Notes: generated from the sequence alone by a model not told the origin. A stretch of 64,000 bases of DNA from Pseudomonadales bacterium (GCA_019090455.1 JAHRWA010000074.1:93345-157344); one strand, 5' to 3'. Counted from the stretch's first letter, positions 39,689-53,330 are shown. Translations and numbers: made by a program.

Positions 39689-40210
39689 ATGCCGCCACAA
39701 AACAAGGACGCTCAACCCCATAACAATGGATTAAACATTATGGAAGATACCGAGTTATTCACAGACCTTCCCAGTAGCGAGCTAACTAACCGCCTAAAAG
39801 AACTTGATGCTGAAATATCTTTACTCGAAAGAGCGCATATAGGAACGGAGGGCGAGGGTGATCTTCTCAGTCTATCTGCATCCGAACAACAAGATCTTAA
39901 CTGGATGATCTCGTGGGAAAATTTTGATCGTATGATTGAAAACAATACCAAAGATCTTGCATCACAAATTCACATAGAAAATGGCGCCCTGACGAATATC
40001 GCATTAGAGAAGCTGTATCAATCCTGCGGAGATACCGAAACGGCAAATAAACATATGACGAAAACGAATACGATTATCGAAAATTATGCCATTGATGTAT
40101 TCGACGAGAATTTAGAATGGACCGATAAAAACCCTTTCCAAGATAGCCGTCTTACCAACTTATTCAAAGAACAGTGGGCAGAAATGGCTAAACAGATTGA
40201 GCACGTCTAG
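39689..40210 (+). CDS. Hypothetical acidic protein
   Basis: ATG 39689 is preceded by AAAGGA (the ORF track start 39590 is less likely). No motif. 14-nt overlap with the downstream methyltransferase. Confidence 0.45.
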   Translation: MPPQNKDAQPHNNGLNIMEDTELFTDLPSSELTNRLKELDAEISLLERAHIGTEGEGDLLSLSASEQQDLNWMISWENFDRMIENNTKDLASQIHIENGALTNIALEKLYQSCGDTETANKHMTKTNTIIENYAIDVFDENLEWTDKNPFQDSRLTNLFKEQWAEMAKQIEHV

Positions 40211-40817
40211 CCCTAAACCCTGGTCCAAACAAACGCTTACCAACAAGTGGGATAAGCGTTACCAAAATGCAACTCGCCCTGGCTTGCCTTGCAACATACT
40301 GTCAGCATTCTCCCAACTAATCCCTCAACAAGGCCGAGCACTCGATCTCGCATGTGGCTTAGGAGCCAACTCTCTCTATCTCGCTGGTCTTGGATTAGAC
40401 ACCTATGCTTGGGATATATCTTCCGTCGCGTTACGCCAACTTAATCTATTTGCAAAAGAACAACAGCTTTCCATTACAACCCAAGTTCATGATATTGAAA
40501 AAAATCCACCAGAAGAATCCTCCTTTGATTTGATTGTCGTAAGTCGCTTTTTATATCGCCCCATTTGTGAGTCCATTAGCAAAGCACTCAAACCTGGTGG
40601 AGTTTTGTTCTACCAAACTTTTATACAAGATAAAGTATCCTCGGCTGGCCCTTCTGATAATCAATATCGACTATCCCAAAATGAGCTACTGACACTTTTT
40701 CCTAACCTGTCCGTTATGGTTTACCAAGAAGTGGGATCTCATTCCCAACGGTTCACCGACCAAGCCCAGAAACTGGATTCCGATACCGCCATGTTAGTAG
40801 CCAAAAAAACAAGTTGA
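40197..40817 (+). CDS. Class I SAM-dependent methyltransferase (TehB-like)
   Basis: Motif I ALDLACGLGANSLYLA. About 200 aa. TTG start. Confidence 0.7.
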   Translation: MSTSSPKPWSKQTLTNKWDKRYQNATRPGLPCNILSAFSQLIPQQGRALDLACGLGANSLYLAGLGLDTYAWDISSVALRQLNLFAKEQQLSITTQVHDIEKNPPEESSFDLIVVSRFLYRPICESISKALKPGGVLFYQTFIQDKVSSAGPSDNQYRLSQNELLTLFPNLSVMVYQEVGSHSQRFTDQAQKLDSDTAMLVAKKTS

Positions 40818-40913
40818 AACAAAAATAGTCTCAGACGCTCTAGCGCTAAAGCTGTTGTCTTTCTAATCTTTTATAGAGTAAAGATGCTTTTATAGGGCGA
40901 GACTAGATAGCGA

Positions 40914-42545
40914 ATGGCCATTATACGATACTCGGAAAAAAAGGTTCTGGTGATTGAGGATCAGGCTGCGATGTGTTCCCAGCTAAAATCCATGCTAGAA
41001 ATTCTGGGCATGCAGTATATCGACATCGCCACCAGCGGCGAGCAAGCCATTCAAAAACTAAAATTACAATCCTACGATATCGTTCTTGCAGACTATGAGT
41101 TAGGTCGTGGCAAGGACGGCCAACAAGTATTAGAAGAAGCCCGTCATACTAAGTTATTAAAATCCGCCGCCATTTTTGTTCTGGTTACCGCCTCCCAATC
41201 AGTAGAAATGGTAATGGGCGCATTAGAGTATTCACCGGACGGATACATCGCAAAACCGTTAACAATTGAAGACTTAAAAACAAGACTGGATCGTATTCTA
41301 AAAACGAAACTAATTTATCACGAAATTGATACCGCTATTGATCTCAACAACATTGATACTGCAATTAAGGCGTGTGACAAACTTATTGTAGACCGACCTA
41401 AATTTGCTCTCGCCACTTTTCGAATCAAGGGTCAATTATTAATGAATGCCCACCGATTAGACGAGGCAGAGGAACTGTATGAAACTGTTCTCGAAATTCG
41501 AAAAGTGACCTGGGCCTTACTCGGTATGGCGAAAGTCATGTACTACCAGAGTCGATACGATGAAGGTCAAAATATACTGAATCGGCTCTCCACATCCAAC
41601 GAAAAATACGTAGAAGCATTCGATTGGTTAGCCAAAATATTTGAAGCGCAAGGAGAGACTCTTAAAGCACAGAAGGCATTACAGCGAGCAGTAGAGTTGT
41701 CACCTAGAGCTATATTACGTCAACAACATTTATCGAAAATGGCCGAAATTAATAATGATTGGTACATCGCTACACAAGCCTCAAGACGCTCTGTAGAACT
41801 GGGTAAAAACTCTTGTCATAAAACACCAAAGAGCTATTTACGATTGGCCACTTCTCTACAGCCACAACTGAAAGACAACGCAGTGGGTAACAAACAAAAT
41901 GCAATAACAGAAGTATTCAAAACGCTAAGTGATTTAAAGAAAGAATTTAATTCGAATCAAGATGTTCAAGTTAGAGCAAATTTACTGGAAGGGGACTCCT
42001 ACAAAAATTTAGGAAAGCATGAGGAAGCAAAACACTCAACCTCACAAGCATTATCCTGTTATGACGGTTTAGTTGAAGATCCTAGCCCAGATTTAGCCTT
42101 GGAAATGGGCAAAGGTATGGTAAAAAACCATGATCTAGAAGAAGCCATGAAATTTATCAATGACCCTAAGCAACAAGCCATGTTTGATAACAATACCAAC
42201 GAATATCTAAAAGAAGTGGTCACTAAGGCAAATCAAGAATCGGTTCAAGCCAACATCGACACCTTTAATAACAAAGGTGTCGAATTATTTGAAAAGGGTA
42301 GGTTAGAAGACGCCATTGCTATGTTTGAACAAGCCACCACACATGAAGCCGCAAGCTTGAGTATTGTATTAAATACGGTACAAGCTTACGTCACTCTCAT
42401 GCAAAAAAGCGGTCCTACAGAGGAATCCGTTTTAAAGTGTAGCACCCATCTAACGAGGCTAGAGAAAATCCCTGTAGATGATAGTCGGTACCAACGCTAT
42501 CAAAAACTCAAAAACATGTTTGAAGAGTTGGAGCATTTGCTGTGA
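40914..42545 (+). CDS. Response regulator: REC domain fused to TPR-like helical repeats
   Basis: N-terminal receiver (VLVIEDQ, DIVLADYELG, GYIAKP), then about 400 aa of helical repeat sequence. No DNA-binding or enzymatic output domain recognised. Confidence 0.8.
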   Translation: MAIIRYSEKKVLVIEDQAAMCSQLKSMLEILGMQYIDIATSGEQAIQKLKLQSYDIVLADYELGRGKDGQQVLEEARHTKLLKSAAIFVLVTASQSVEMVMGALEYSPDGYIAKPLTIEDLKTRLDRILKTKLIYHEIDTAIDLNNIDTAIKACDKLIVDRPKFALATFRIKGQLLMNAHRLDEAEELYETVLEIRKVTWALLGMAKVMYYQSRYDEGQNILNRLSTSNEKYVEAFDWLAKIFEAQGETLKAQKALQRAVELSPRAILRQQHLSKMAEINNDWYIATQASRRSVELGKNSCHKTPKSYLRLATSLQPQLKDNAVGNKQNAITEVFKTLSDLKKEFNSNQDVQVRANLLEGDSYKNLGKHEEAKHSTSQALSCYDGLVEDPSPDLALEMGKGMVKNHDLEEAMKFINDPKQQAMFDNNTNEYLKEVVTKANQESVQANIDTFNNKGVELFEKGRLEDAIAMFEQATTHEAASLSIVLNTVQAYVTLMQKSGPTEESVLKCSTHLTRLEKIPVDDSRYQRYQKLKNMFEELEHLL

Positions 42546-43267
42546 AACAAAATTATCAAGAATCAAATTCTATAGACGAAGATAAAATAAAAAAAGAACA
42601 CACACTAGCGACCTTGCTAGCCTCTTCGATTCATGAAATAAAAAATGACTTTGGTTTAATGCTAATAAAAGTAGATCAACTCATAGAAGAGTTAAATCTA
42701 GATAACCAAAAACAATCCCAAGTCGCACAAGTCAGATCCGAAGCCGCCTCTATTGGGAATGAACTCAGCAGAATTTTAACGACGTATAAACGCAACGCTC
42801 AAGGATACACTCCCTACATAGACCAACATGCAGTCGCAGAAATTCTTGAAGATATCTGCTTAAAACATCGTTTAACAGAAAAAGCCTATGGGGTTTCTTT
42901 GTCTTATCACTGCGACGAAGATCTAGCCGCATTTTTTGACGTACAACTGATAACAAATGTGATCGATACCAGTATCTATAATGCGGTCAAAGCAGGCGTC
43001 AAAAATATAATGCTGAGCGCCAGTGAACTTCAGGACTATATCGTCATTCGGATAGAAGATGATGGAGAGGGTTTTCCCGACTACGTTCTTCAAAACCAAG
43101 GCCAAAACTCAGTACTTAACCTGGAGGAGGGCAATACTGGCCTAGGTCTTTATTTTGCGAAACAGATATGTGAAATGCATGCAGTCGATGATAAGCAAGG
43201 CTATATGGAATTACAAAACAAACACTCAATGAGAGGCGCTTGCATCTCTCTATTTATCCCAAACTAG
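42542..43267 (+). CDS. Soluble histidine kinase core (no sensor or TM domain)
   Basis: H-box SSIHEIKND. ATPase boxes IYNAVKAG, EDDGEGF, GNTGLGLYFAK. GTGA overlap with the upstream regulator gene. Confidence 0.7.
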   Translation: MKQNYQESNSIDEDKIKKEHTLATLLASSIHEIKNDFGLMLIKVDQLIEELNLDNQKQSQVAQVRSEAASIGNELSRILTTYKRNAQGYTPYIDQHAVAEILEDICLKHRLTEKAYGVSLSYHCDEDLAAFFDVQLITNVIDTSIYNAVKAGVKNIMLSASELQDYIVIRIEDDGEGFPDYVLQNQGQNSVLNLEEGNTGLGLYFAKQICEMHAVDDKQGYMELQNKHSMRGACISLFIPN

Positions 43268-43401
43268 CATCATTTCTTTGTTCCCATAAGCTACAGGCGT
43301 TATAATCGCTCCCGTTTGGCCAAGCCACAACGAGCATTCTAGTAACGACATCTGCAAACTTAAATCTACTCCCTTACATTAATTACAATGGTCCCAATTC
43401 A

Positions 43402-44316
43402 ATGAGCGAGACAACGGCTGATGCCAGCACTTTTCAAGGGCTTATCCTTAGCTTACAACAATATTGGGCCAATCAAGGTTGTGTGATCGTACAACCATTG
43501 GATATTGAGGTGGGCGCAGGGACTTTTCATCCAGCCACTTTTCTTCGGGCCATCGGCCCAGAGAAATGGCGCTCTGCCTATGTTCAACCCTGTCGCAGAC
43601 CCACTGACGGTCGCTACGGGGAAAACCCCAATAGAATGCAGCATTACTATCAGTTTCAAGTCGTACTAAAGCCATCCCCCGATAATATCCAAGAGTTGTA
43701 TCTCGACTCTCTTAAAATGCTAGGAATAGACACCACCGTACATGATATTCGATTTGTGGAGGACAATTGGGAATCACCCACGTTGGGTGCCTGGGGATTA
43801 GGTTGGGAAATTTGGTTAAACGGAATGGAAGTCACGCAGTTTACCTATTTTCAACAAGTCGGCGGTTTGGACTGCTATCCCGTTACTGGCGAAATCACTT
43901 ATGGTTTAGAGAGAATCGCCATGTACTTACAAGAGGTGGACAGTGTCTACGATCTTGTCTGGTCTAGGGGGGCAGGGGAAAATGACATCGTGACTTACGG
44001 AGATGTCTTTCTGCAAAATGAAAAAGAGATGTCTGCGTTTAATTTTGAACATGCCAATATCGAAGAGATGTTTAAGTATTTTGATTTTTGTGAAGCGGAA
44101 AGCCAATCACTTATCAACAAGTCGCTGCCATTACCCGCTTATGAGTTCGTACTAAAAGCTTCGCACACGTTTAATTTATTAGATTCACGCCACGCAATTT
44201 CTGTAACAGAACGCCAACGCTTTATACTCCGAGTTCGAGCGTTATCCAGAGCTGTTGCACAAAGCTACTTTGATGCCAGAGAAGCACTGGGCTTCCCTTT
44301 GGCAGGAGAAAAATAA
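43402..44316 (+). CDS. glyQ: Glycine--tRNA ligase alpha subunit
   Basis: 304 aa. [17 protein letters not shown] and the rest are highly conserved GlyQ sequence. Confidence 0.96.
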   Translation: MSETTADASTFQGLILSLQQYWANQGCVIVQPLDIEVGAGTFHPATFLRAIGPEKWRSAYVQPCRRPTDGRYGENPNRMQHYYQFQVVLKPSPDNIQELYLDSLKMLGIDTTVHDIRFVEDNWESPTLGAWGLGWEIWLNGMEVTQFTYFQQVGGLDCYPVTGEITYGLERIAMYLQEVDSVYDLVWSRGAGENDIVTYGDVFLQNEKEMSAFNFEHANIEEMFKYFDFCEAESQSLINKSLPLPAYEFVLKASHTFNLLDSRHAISVTERQRFILRVRALSRAVAQSYFDAREALGFPLAGEK

Positions 44317-46394
44317 TGCCTAACAAAGTAGCCGATTTACTCATTGAACTAGGCACAGAGGAACTTCCTCCTAAAGCCTTAAACAAACTCAGCATCGCTT
44401 TTACTAATGGTGTTAAAGCAGGACTTTCCTCCCAGCAGTTATCATTTGGCGAAGTCCAATCCTATGCAACACCAAGACGATTAGCCATATCAATAACAGG
44501 GCTAGATCAAAAACAAGCGAATCAATCTATTCAACGTAAAGGCCCCTCCCTTAAAGCCGCTTACGACGCGGAAGGAAACCCTAGTAAGGCAGCAATGGGG
44601 TTTGCAAAATCTTGCGGTGTGGACGTTTCTGAATTACAAAAACAGGAAACAAAAAAGGGGACTTGGCTGGTATTCGAAAGTGAACAAATTGGAGTGGAAA
44701 CGAAAACACTGATTGCCGCGATAGTGGATGAAGCGCTAGCAAAACTGCCTATACCAAAGAAAATGACCTGGGGTAGCCACAAGATTGCATTTGTGAGACC
44801 AGTCCATTGGTTAATACTGTTATTTAACAATGAAGTCATCGAAGCTAACATACTCGGAAAGTCCGCTTCAAATAGTACTTTAGGACACCGGTTTCATAGT
44901 ACTGGCGAAATCGTTATTGAATCCGCTTCTTCATATGAATCCACTCTCGAGACCTCTGGCTGGGTTATTGCTGATTTTAATAAAAGAAAGCAGAGGATTA
45001 AGCAACAGGTGGAAAAGATTGCTTTATCATTGTCGGGTGTTGCGCAAATTGATGATGATCTTTTAGATGAGGTTACTGGGCTAGTGGAGTGGCCTGTTGC
45101 ACTGGCTGGTCGTTTCGATAATGCATTTTTAGACATTCCTCAGGAGTGCTTAATTTCTGCAATGAAAGAGCATCAGAAATACTTTCCAGTACTCGACAGT
45201 AAAGGAAAGCTGTTACCGGTTTTTATTACGGTGAGTAATATCGAAAGTAAGCAGCCGGAAAAAGTTATCTCTGGTAATGAAAAAGTAATACGCCCGCGTT
45301 TAGCGGATGCGGCATTCTTCTTTAACACCGACAAACGTAAACCCCTTGAAGATTTTAATATCCAACTTGAAAAACTCGTCTTTCAAGAAAAGCTCGGCAC
45401 CGTATTAGATAAAACAAAAAGGATCAGTCAACTTGCGGCAACCGTAGCAAGTCTTATCGGTAGCGATATGACGAGTGCGAAGCGGGCAGGGGAGTTATGC
45501 AAGGCTGACCTAGTAACAGATATGGTGGGCGAATTTCCTGATCTTCAAGGAACAATGGGGCGTTACTATGCGATTCACTCCGGTGAATGCGATGAGGTAG
45601 CACAAGCAATTCAGGAGCAATATCTACCTCGCTATGCTGGTGATGCGATTCCTCAATGTAATGCAGGAATTGCGATTTCCATTGCCGATAAGCTCGACAC
45701 ATTAGTCGCTATTTTTGGAGTGGGTCAAATCCCTTCGGGTAGCAAAGATCCCTTCGCTCTTCGACGCTCTGCTCTCGGCATACTTAGGATTATTATCGAG
45801 AAAGATCTCGATCTCGATTTAGAGTTTTTAATAAATGAAGCATCGGGCCTTTTAGGGGAAAATATCACCAATAGTGCGACCAAAGAAAACGTATTTGATT
45901 TCATCCTTAGTCGATACCGAGATTGGTATAAACAAGAGGGCGTCGATACCGATGTCATCATCGCAGTCGAGAGTCGCAAACCAACCAAGCCTCGTGACTT
46001 CAATCAACGAGTCAAAGCCATTGCCCAATTTAAGTTGGATCCTGCAGCAGTTGCATTAGCGGCAGCAAATAAACGCGTCAGTAATATTTTGAAAAAAGCG
46101 TCTTCTATATCCAATAAAGAAATGCGCGATGATCTATTACTATTGGATGCCGAAAAGGCGCTTGCCATTGCAGTTAAACAATCTGGGCAAAAAGCATCCC
46201 TGTTATTCACTAAAGATCAATATAGTGAAGGACTAGAACTCTTGGCAACACTGCGACCTGAAGTCGATCAGTTTTTTGATGAGGTAATGGTAATGGATGA
46301 GAATGAAGAAATCAGAGATAATAGATTGATTTTATTATATAAATTACGCGAACTCTTTCTTCAAGTAGCCGACATTTCGGACCTATCTTATTAA
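44316..46394 (+). CDS. glyS: Glycine--tRNA ligase beta subunit
   Basis: 692 aa. LLIELGTEELPPK N-terminus. 1-nt TAATG overlap with glyQ. Confidence 0.95.
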   Translation: MPNKVADLLIELGTEELPPKALNKLSIAFTNGVKAGLSSQQLSFGEVQSYATPRRLAISITGLDQKQANQSIQRKGPSLKAAYDAEGNPSKAAMGFAKSCGVDVSELQKQETKKGTWLVFESEQIGVETKTLIAAIVDEALAKLPIPKKMTWGSHKIAFVRPVHWLILLFNNEVIEANILGKSASNSTLGHRFHSTGEIVIESASSYESTLETSGWVIADFNKRKQRIKQQVEKIALSLSGVAQIDDDLLDEVTGLVEWPVALAGRFDNAFLDIPQECLISAMKEHQKYFPVLDSKGKLLPVFITVSNIESKQPEKVISGNEKVIRPRLADAAFFFNTDKRKPLEDFNIQLEKLVFQEKLGTVLDKTKRISQLAATVASLIGSDMTSAKRAGELCKADLVTDMVGEFPDLQGTMGRYYAIHSGECDEVAQAIQEQYLPRYAGDAIPQCNAGIAISIADKLDTLVAIFGVGQIPSGSKDPFALRRSALGILRIIIEKDLDLDLEFLINEASGLLGENITNSATKENVFDFILSRYRDWYKQEGVDTDVIIAVESRKPTKPRDFNQRVKAIAQFKLDPAAVALAAANKRVSNILKKASSISNKEMRDDLLLLDAEKALAIAVKQSGQKASLLFTKDQYSEGLELLATLRPEVDQFFDEVMVMDENEEIRDNRLILLYKLRELFLQVADISDLSY

Positions 46395-46415
46395 GTCAAC
46401 CTATAAGACACGCTA

Positions 46416-46985
46416 ATGAAAACTACGGATAAAATTATTGTTCTCGATCGCGATGGAGTCATCAACATTGATTCAGATGATTACATTAAGAGCCTGGAGG
46501 AATGGATACCTATAGCCGGTAGTATTAAAGCAATCGCAACTCTCACCCAATTGGGTTACAAGATATTCATTGCAACCAATCAATCAGGAATTGGCCGCGG
46601 ATACTACGATATAGTGACCCTGAACAGTATGCATGAAAGGTTAGAGAAGCTGGTCTCAGACCAAGGTGGTGAAATAGCCGGTATTGTATATTGCCCGCAT
46701 ATACCATCTGACCATTGCGCCTGCCGTAAACCCAAGGTTGGAATGCTGGATCAAATACAGAAAAAGTTTAAGGTGGATTTAAAAGGGCATCCTTTTGTCG
46801 GTGATAGCTTAAAAGATCTGGAAGTTGCAGAAAACTTTGGGTGCGAAGGCATACTGGTGAAGACTGGGAAAGGGATTCAAACATTAGCTGTTGATTCTGA
46901 ACTAGTAAGAAAAACAAGGGTATTTAATGATTTGGAGGATTTCGTCGCCAGCTTAATAATTAAATCCGATAATTTAAGATTATAA
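46416..46985 (+). CDS. gmhB: D-glycero-beta-D-manno-heptose-1,7-bisphosphate 7-phosphatase
   Basis: HAD motif LDRDGVIN and zinc-binding CPH...CxCRKP. Confidence 0.88.
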   Translation: MKTTDKIIVLDRDGVINIDSDDYIKSLEEWIPIAGSIKAIATLTQLGYKIFIATNQSGIGRGYYDIVTLNSMHERLEKLVSDQGGEIAGIVYCPHIPSDHCACRKPKVGMLDQIQKKFKVDLKGHPFVGDSLKDLEVAENFGCEGILVKTGKGIQTLAVDSELVRKTRVFNDLEDFVASLIIKSDNLRL

Positions 46986-47012
46986 AACAGCTAATAAATT
47001 ACTACTAATATA

Positions 47013-47055
47013 GGCATCAACTGCTTGAGGTTTTATAACGCAAGTAGTTGATGCC
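47013..47055. terminator. 15-bp stem hairpin between convergent gmhB and gyrB
   Basis: GGCATCAACTGCTTG-13 nt-CAAGTAGTTGATGCC with one G-T pair. The flanking T-run is weak, so its role as a terminator is tentative. Confidence 0.5.
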
Positions 47056-47069
47056 GTTATTCAGTTCAA

Positions 47070-49508
<2,439 letters not shown>

Positions 49509-49553
49509 CTAATCTAAAAGGTGTAATTAAAAATATGTTGAATATCTTCAACA

Positions 49554-50648
49554 TTAATTACAATCCGATTCTGTTAAAACACCCTGTTTCACGTGGAACA
49601 GTTTTTTATTTTCTTTAGGGACATAATTTTCAACAGCCCCTACATCTATACAAGTCATGAAAACTTGTGAGTTATTTTTATGGAGTAAATCACATACATA
49701 CTTTCTATTATTGTGATCAAGCTCTGCTGCGAAATCATCAATTAGTAATAAGCAATTTTTTCCAATTGAATTATGAAGTAATTCAATTTGAGCTAATCGT
49801 ATCGCCAAGGAAATCATTTTTTTTTGGCCACGAGAGCATACATCTTTCGCCAATTTCCCTTCTAATTTTATTTTTATATCAGCTCGATGAGGTCCTTGCG
49901 ATGTATATCCGCGTTCAAAATCTCTTTCCTGATTGACACTCAGTAATTCATAGTAATCTTCAGGGTCATTCCAGCCCTTATAAAGTGAAATCAAATATTC
50001 TTCTTTTAATCCCAATGACTCGAATACACGAACCAAGTATGGGTATAAATTAGAAAAATACACATTCCGCATACTAGTCACTTCGAGTGATATGTCTGCT
50101 AATTTCCTGTTCCAACTCGATACTAAGTTTTTATCTCTACTTTTCTGACGCAGTAAAACATTTCTTTGCCGTATCGTATGGGTAGTGAGCTTCCATTTAT
50201 CATGGTAAGACTGTTCCATGTGGAACAACCCCCAATCCAGCACTTTTCTTCTACTATCTGGGGAGGTATCAATCAAATTCCCCAATTCTGGCGCAACGAC
50301 GATAGTAGGTACTAATTGGGAGATATTTGCGAAAGAAGTTTGATTATCTCCTTCAATACGTAACATTGTTTTAGCTGTTCGAGACTTTCTAAGGCCAACT
50401 TTAATTGAGTTATTCTCGGTAGACTTAAATACTGAAAATACAGAGCATTCATCTGCTGTGCTAGAAATGAGGTTTTTTATTTTACTAGTTCTAAATGAAC
50501 GACCCCTGGTTAAAAGGTAAATCGCTTCTAATAAGCTAGTCTTACCACTACCGTTAAGTCCCTCAACAAAATTAAAGCCCGATACCAGCTTTAACTCCAC
50601 CGTGTCTAGGTTTCTAACATTGTTAATATGTAGTTTTTGTATATGCAT
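49554..50648 (-). CDS. recF: DNA replication and repair protein RecF
   Basis: Walker A GLNGSGKTSLLEA, within the dnaA-dnaN-recF-gyrB order. Confidence 0.93.
   Translation of the reverse strand: MHIQKLHINNVRNLDTVELKLVSGFNFVEGLNGSGKTSLLEAIYLLTRGRSFRTSKIKNLISSTADECSVFSVFKSTENNSIKVGLRKSRTAKTMLRIEGDNQTSFANISQLVPTIVVAPELGNLIDTSPDSRRKVLDWGLFHMEQSYHDKWKLTTHTIRQRNVLLRQKSRDKNLVSSWNRKLADISLEVTSMRNVYFSNLYPYLVRVFESLGLKEEYLISLYKGWNDPEDYYELLSVNQERDFERGYTSQGPHRADIKIKLEGKLAKDVCSRGQKKMISLAIRLAQIELLHNSIGKNCLLLIDDFAAELDHNNRKYVCDLLHKNNSQVFMTCIDVGAVENYVPKENKKLFHVKQGVLTESDCN
49585..49600. promoter_or_regulatory. parS-like centromere site TGTTTCACGTGGAACA
   Basis: Both half-sites fit the TGTTNCAC consensus of chromosomal parS. 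Lies inside the recF 3' end, about 4 kb from oriC. parAB are present in the window. Confidence 0.65.
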
Positions 50649-50691
50649 ATAACAAATACGGGGATGACCAATTGGGTAGGCCAGTCATAAT

Positions 50692-51792
50692 CTAAATTCT
50701 CATAGGCATAACAACATAAATGGAATCACTGTCTTCTGCGGATTCTACCAAAGCACTACTATTCGTATCCGATAAGGAAATTCGAACATTATCCTCTTCA
50801 ATAACAGTTAATACCTCCAAGAGGTACCCTACATTAAAACCAATTTCTAATTCATGTCCTGTATAGTCTACCGAAACTTCTTCCTCAGCCTCTTCTTGTT
50901 CAGGGTTATTAGCAACAATCTTCATGTTTCCGTCTGATAACTGGATTCTAACGCCACGATACTTTTCATTGGATAGAATAGCGGCACGGCTAAAGGATTG
51001 CTTTAACTCAGCCCTATTACCAACCAATGTTATTTGACCGCCCTTAGGCACAACTCGATCGTAATCGGGGAATTTCCCATCAACTAATTTTGAAGTGAAA
51101 ACTAACTCACTAGAGCGAGCCTTAATATGATTAGTTCCAATAGTAATAGTGACTTTTTCACCATCTTCACCAAAAAGCCTCAATAGTTCCAAAACGCCTT
51201 TGCGTGGAACAATCACCTGCGTCTCAGGAAACTCACCAGGCAGCTTAGCTTCACACAACGCTAACCTATGGCCATCAGTCGCAACCGTACGAAAAAAGTG
51301 ATCCTTTAATTCTAGCAACATGCCGTTCAAGTAATACCTAACATCTTGTTGAGCCATGGCAAATGCGGTTTTAGATATTAATCGTTTTAAATCATTCTGC
51401 TCAATATTAAACTCAATAGCACTTGGACCGTCTTCCAAATTAGGAAACTCTCCCGCGGGTAAGGTAGACAAGCTAAATCGGCTGCGACCTGATTTAACAA
51501 TAAGCTTTTGATCTTCCAACTGGAATGTGATGTCGGTATCAACATTTAAAGACTTACAAATATCCATTAACTTACGAGCAGGTACAGTAATCTCTCCAGG
51601 CACAGGAGAATCGTCTAGAATCACTTTTGCAACCAACTCTACCTCTAAATCGGTGCCGGTTAGAGACAATTCATTACCCTCAACAATGAGCAATACATTT
51701 GCTAAAACGGGTAAAGTTTGTCGACGCTCAACAACACCTGCGACTTGCTGTAAAGGTCTTAACAGGACCTCGCGATTTATCGTAAATCTCAT
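50692..51792 (-). CDS. dnaN: DNA polymerase III beta sliding clamp
   Basis: 366 aa. MRFTINREVLLRPLQQVAGVVERRQTLPVL N-terminus. Confidence 0.95.
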   Translation of the reverse strand: MRFTINREVLLRPLQQVAGVVERRQTLPVLANVLLIVEGNELSLTGTDLEVELVAKVILDDSPVPGEITVPARKLMDICKSLNVDTDITFQLEDQKLIVKSGRSRFSLSTLPAGEFPNLEDGPSAIEFNIEQNDLKRLISKTAFAMAQQDVRYYLNGMLLELKDHFFRTVATDGHRLALCEAKLPGEFPETQVIVPRKGVLELLRLFGEDGEKVTITIGTNHIKARSSELVFTSKLVDGKFPDYDRVVPKGGQITLVGNRAELKQSFSRAAILSNEKYRGVRIQLSDGNMKIVANNPEQEEAEEEVSVDYTGHELEIGFNVGYLLEVLTVIEEDNVRISLSDTNSSALVESAEDSDSIYVVMPMRI

Positions 51793-51887
51793 AATTCTAG
51801 TGCTCTATTTTCTTCACATTAATTCGATACAAATACTATAAAAGAGCGTAAGCAATCTAGCCTAGCCACACCAAAAGTTCAGCATAC

Positions 51888-53330
51888 TTAACTTGTCAAT
51901 AGCCTTAATAAATTACTGTAATCTTCTCTAACATCACTATTGGCCTCACGTAGCTCATTAATTTTCCGGCAAGCATGCAGTACGGTTGTGTGATCTCGGC
52001 CTCCAAATGCGTCGCCTATCTCTGGCAGGCTATGATTTGTTAATTCCTTAGCAAGCGCCATTGCAATTTGTCTCGGTCTAGCAATGGAGCGATTTCTTCT
52101 TTTAGAATGTAAATCGGCTATTTTGATTTTGAAATATTCAGCCACTGTTTTCTGAATATTTTCGACGCTAACTTGTCTATCCTGCAACGCTAATAAATCC
52201 TTTAGAGATTCTTTCACAAACTCTAAACTTATAGCCCGCCCTGTAAAATGAGAATTAGCAATAACTCGCTTTAACGCGCCCTCCAATTCTCGAACATTGG
52301 AACGAATTTTATGGGCAATAAAAAACGCTGTTTCATGAGGTAAATCAATATCTGCCTTTTCGGCCTTACTCATCAGTATTGCAACGCGAGTTTCTAATTC
52401 TGGAGGTTCTATAGCTACCGTCAAACCCCACCCAAAACGAGACTTTAGACGTTCTTCAACTCCGTTTATTTCCTTTGGGTAACGATCGCTAGTCAAAATC
52501 ATTTGTTGATCACCTTCAAGTAGCGCATTGAAAGTATGAAAAAACTCTTCTTGCGATCTCTCCTTTCCTCCGAAAAACTGAATATCGTCAATAAGTAACG
52601 CATCGACAGAACGATAATAACGCTTAAATTCGTTAATGGCGTTTATCTGCAAAGCCTTTACCATATCTGCCACGAACCGCTCAGAATGCAAATATACAAT
52701 CCTAGCGTTGGGGTTTTTAATTAACATCTGATTGCCTACAGCGTGCATTAGGTGCGTTTTACCTAAACCAACACCACCATAGATAAATAACGGGTTATAA
52801 GCTCCACCGGGGTTCTCAGCTACCTGTGTTGCAGCTGCTCTGCCTAGTTGGTTTGACTTACCCTCAACAAAGCTATTAAAAGTAAATGATTTATTTAAAT
52901 TACTCTTATGTTTAATGGTACCGCCCATATCGATTTCACGAACCGGAGCCTGTATGGGTCCTGAATAATTTGACTGGGCAAAGGAAGGTTGCTGAGAATA
53001 GTTAGGGCGAGTTATCGGAGTAGCGGCAGCATCCATTACAACCTTACCTAGAACGTTCTTTTTAAAAGAATCCTGTTCCGCAGCAGTACGACTACCTATT
53101 TCCAAACGAATAACCGGAGAATGCCCGTCTGCTAATTCACCCATGACCTCATTAATTCTGTGTAAAAATTTTTCACTTACCCAATCAAGAACGAATCGAT
53201 TTGGGGCCAACAATTTCAATCCATCACCAGCGACTTCCGCCTGCAGAGGTCGTATCCAAGTATTAAATTGCTGGGAAGATAATTCGCCTTGCAGGCGATC
53301 TAAACACTTAGGCCAAAGAGTACTTGCCAA
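51888..53330 (-). CDS. dnaA: Chromosomal replication initiator DnaA
   Basis: Walker [36 protein letters not shown]-terminal DNA-binding domain (DHTTVLHA). TTG start. Confidence 0.97.
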   Translation of the reverse strand: MASTLWPKCLDRLQGELSSQQFNTWIRPLQAEVAGDGLKLLAPNRFVLDWVSEKFLHRINEVMGELADGHSPVIRLEIGSRTAAEQDSFKKNVLGKVVMDAAATPITRPNYSQQPSFAQSNYSGPIQAPVREIDMGGTIKHKSNLNKSFTFNSFVEGKSNQLGRAAATQVAENPGGAYNPLFIYGGVGLGKTHLMHAVGNQMLIKNPNARIVYLHSERFVADMVKALQINAINEFKRYYRSVDALLIDDIQFFGGKERSQEEFFHTFNALLEGDQQMILTSDRYPKEINGVEERLKSRFGWGLTVAIEPPELETRVAILMSKAEKADIDLPHETAFFIAHKIRSNVRELEGALKRVIANSHFTGRAISLEFVKESLKDLLALQDRQVSVENIQKTVAEYFKIKIADLHSKRRNRSIARPRQIAMALAKELTNHSLPEIGDAFGGRDHTTVLHACRKINELREANSDVREDYSNLLRLLTS

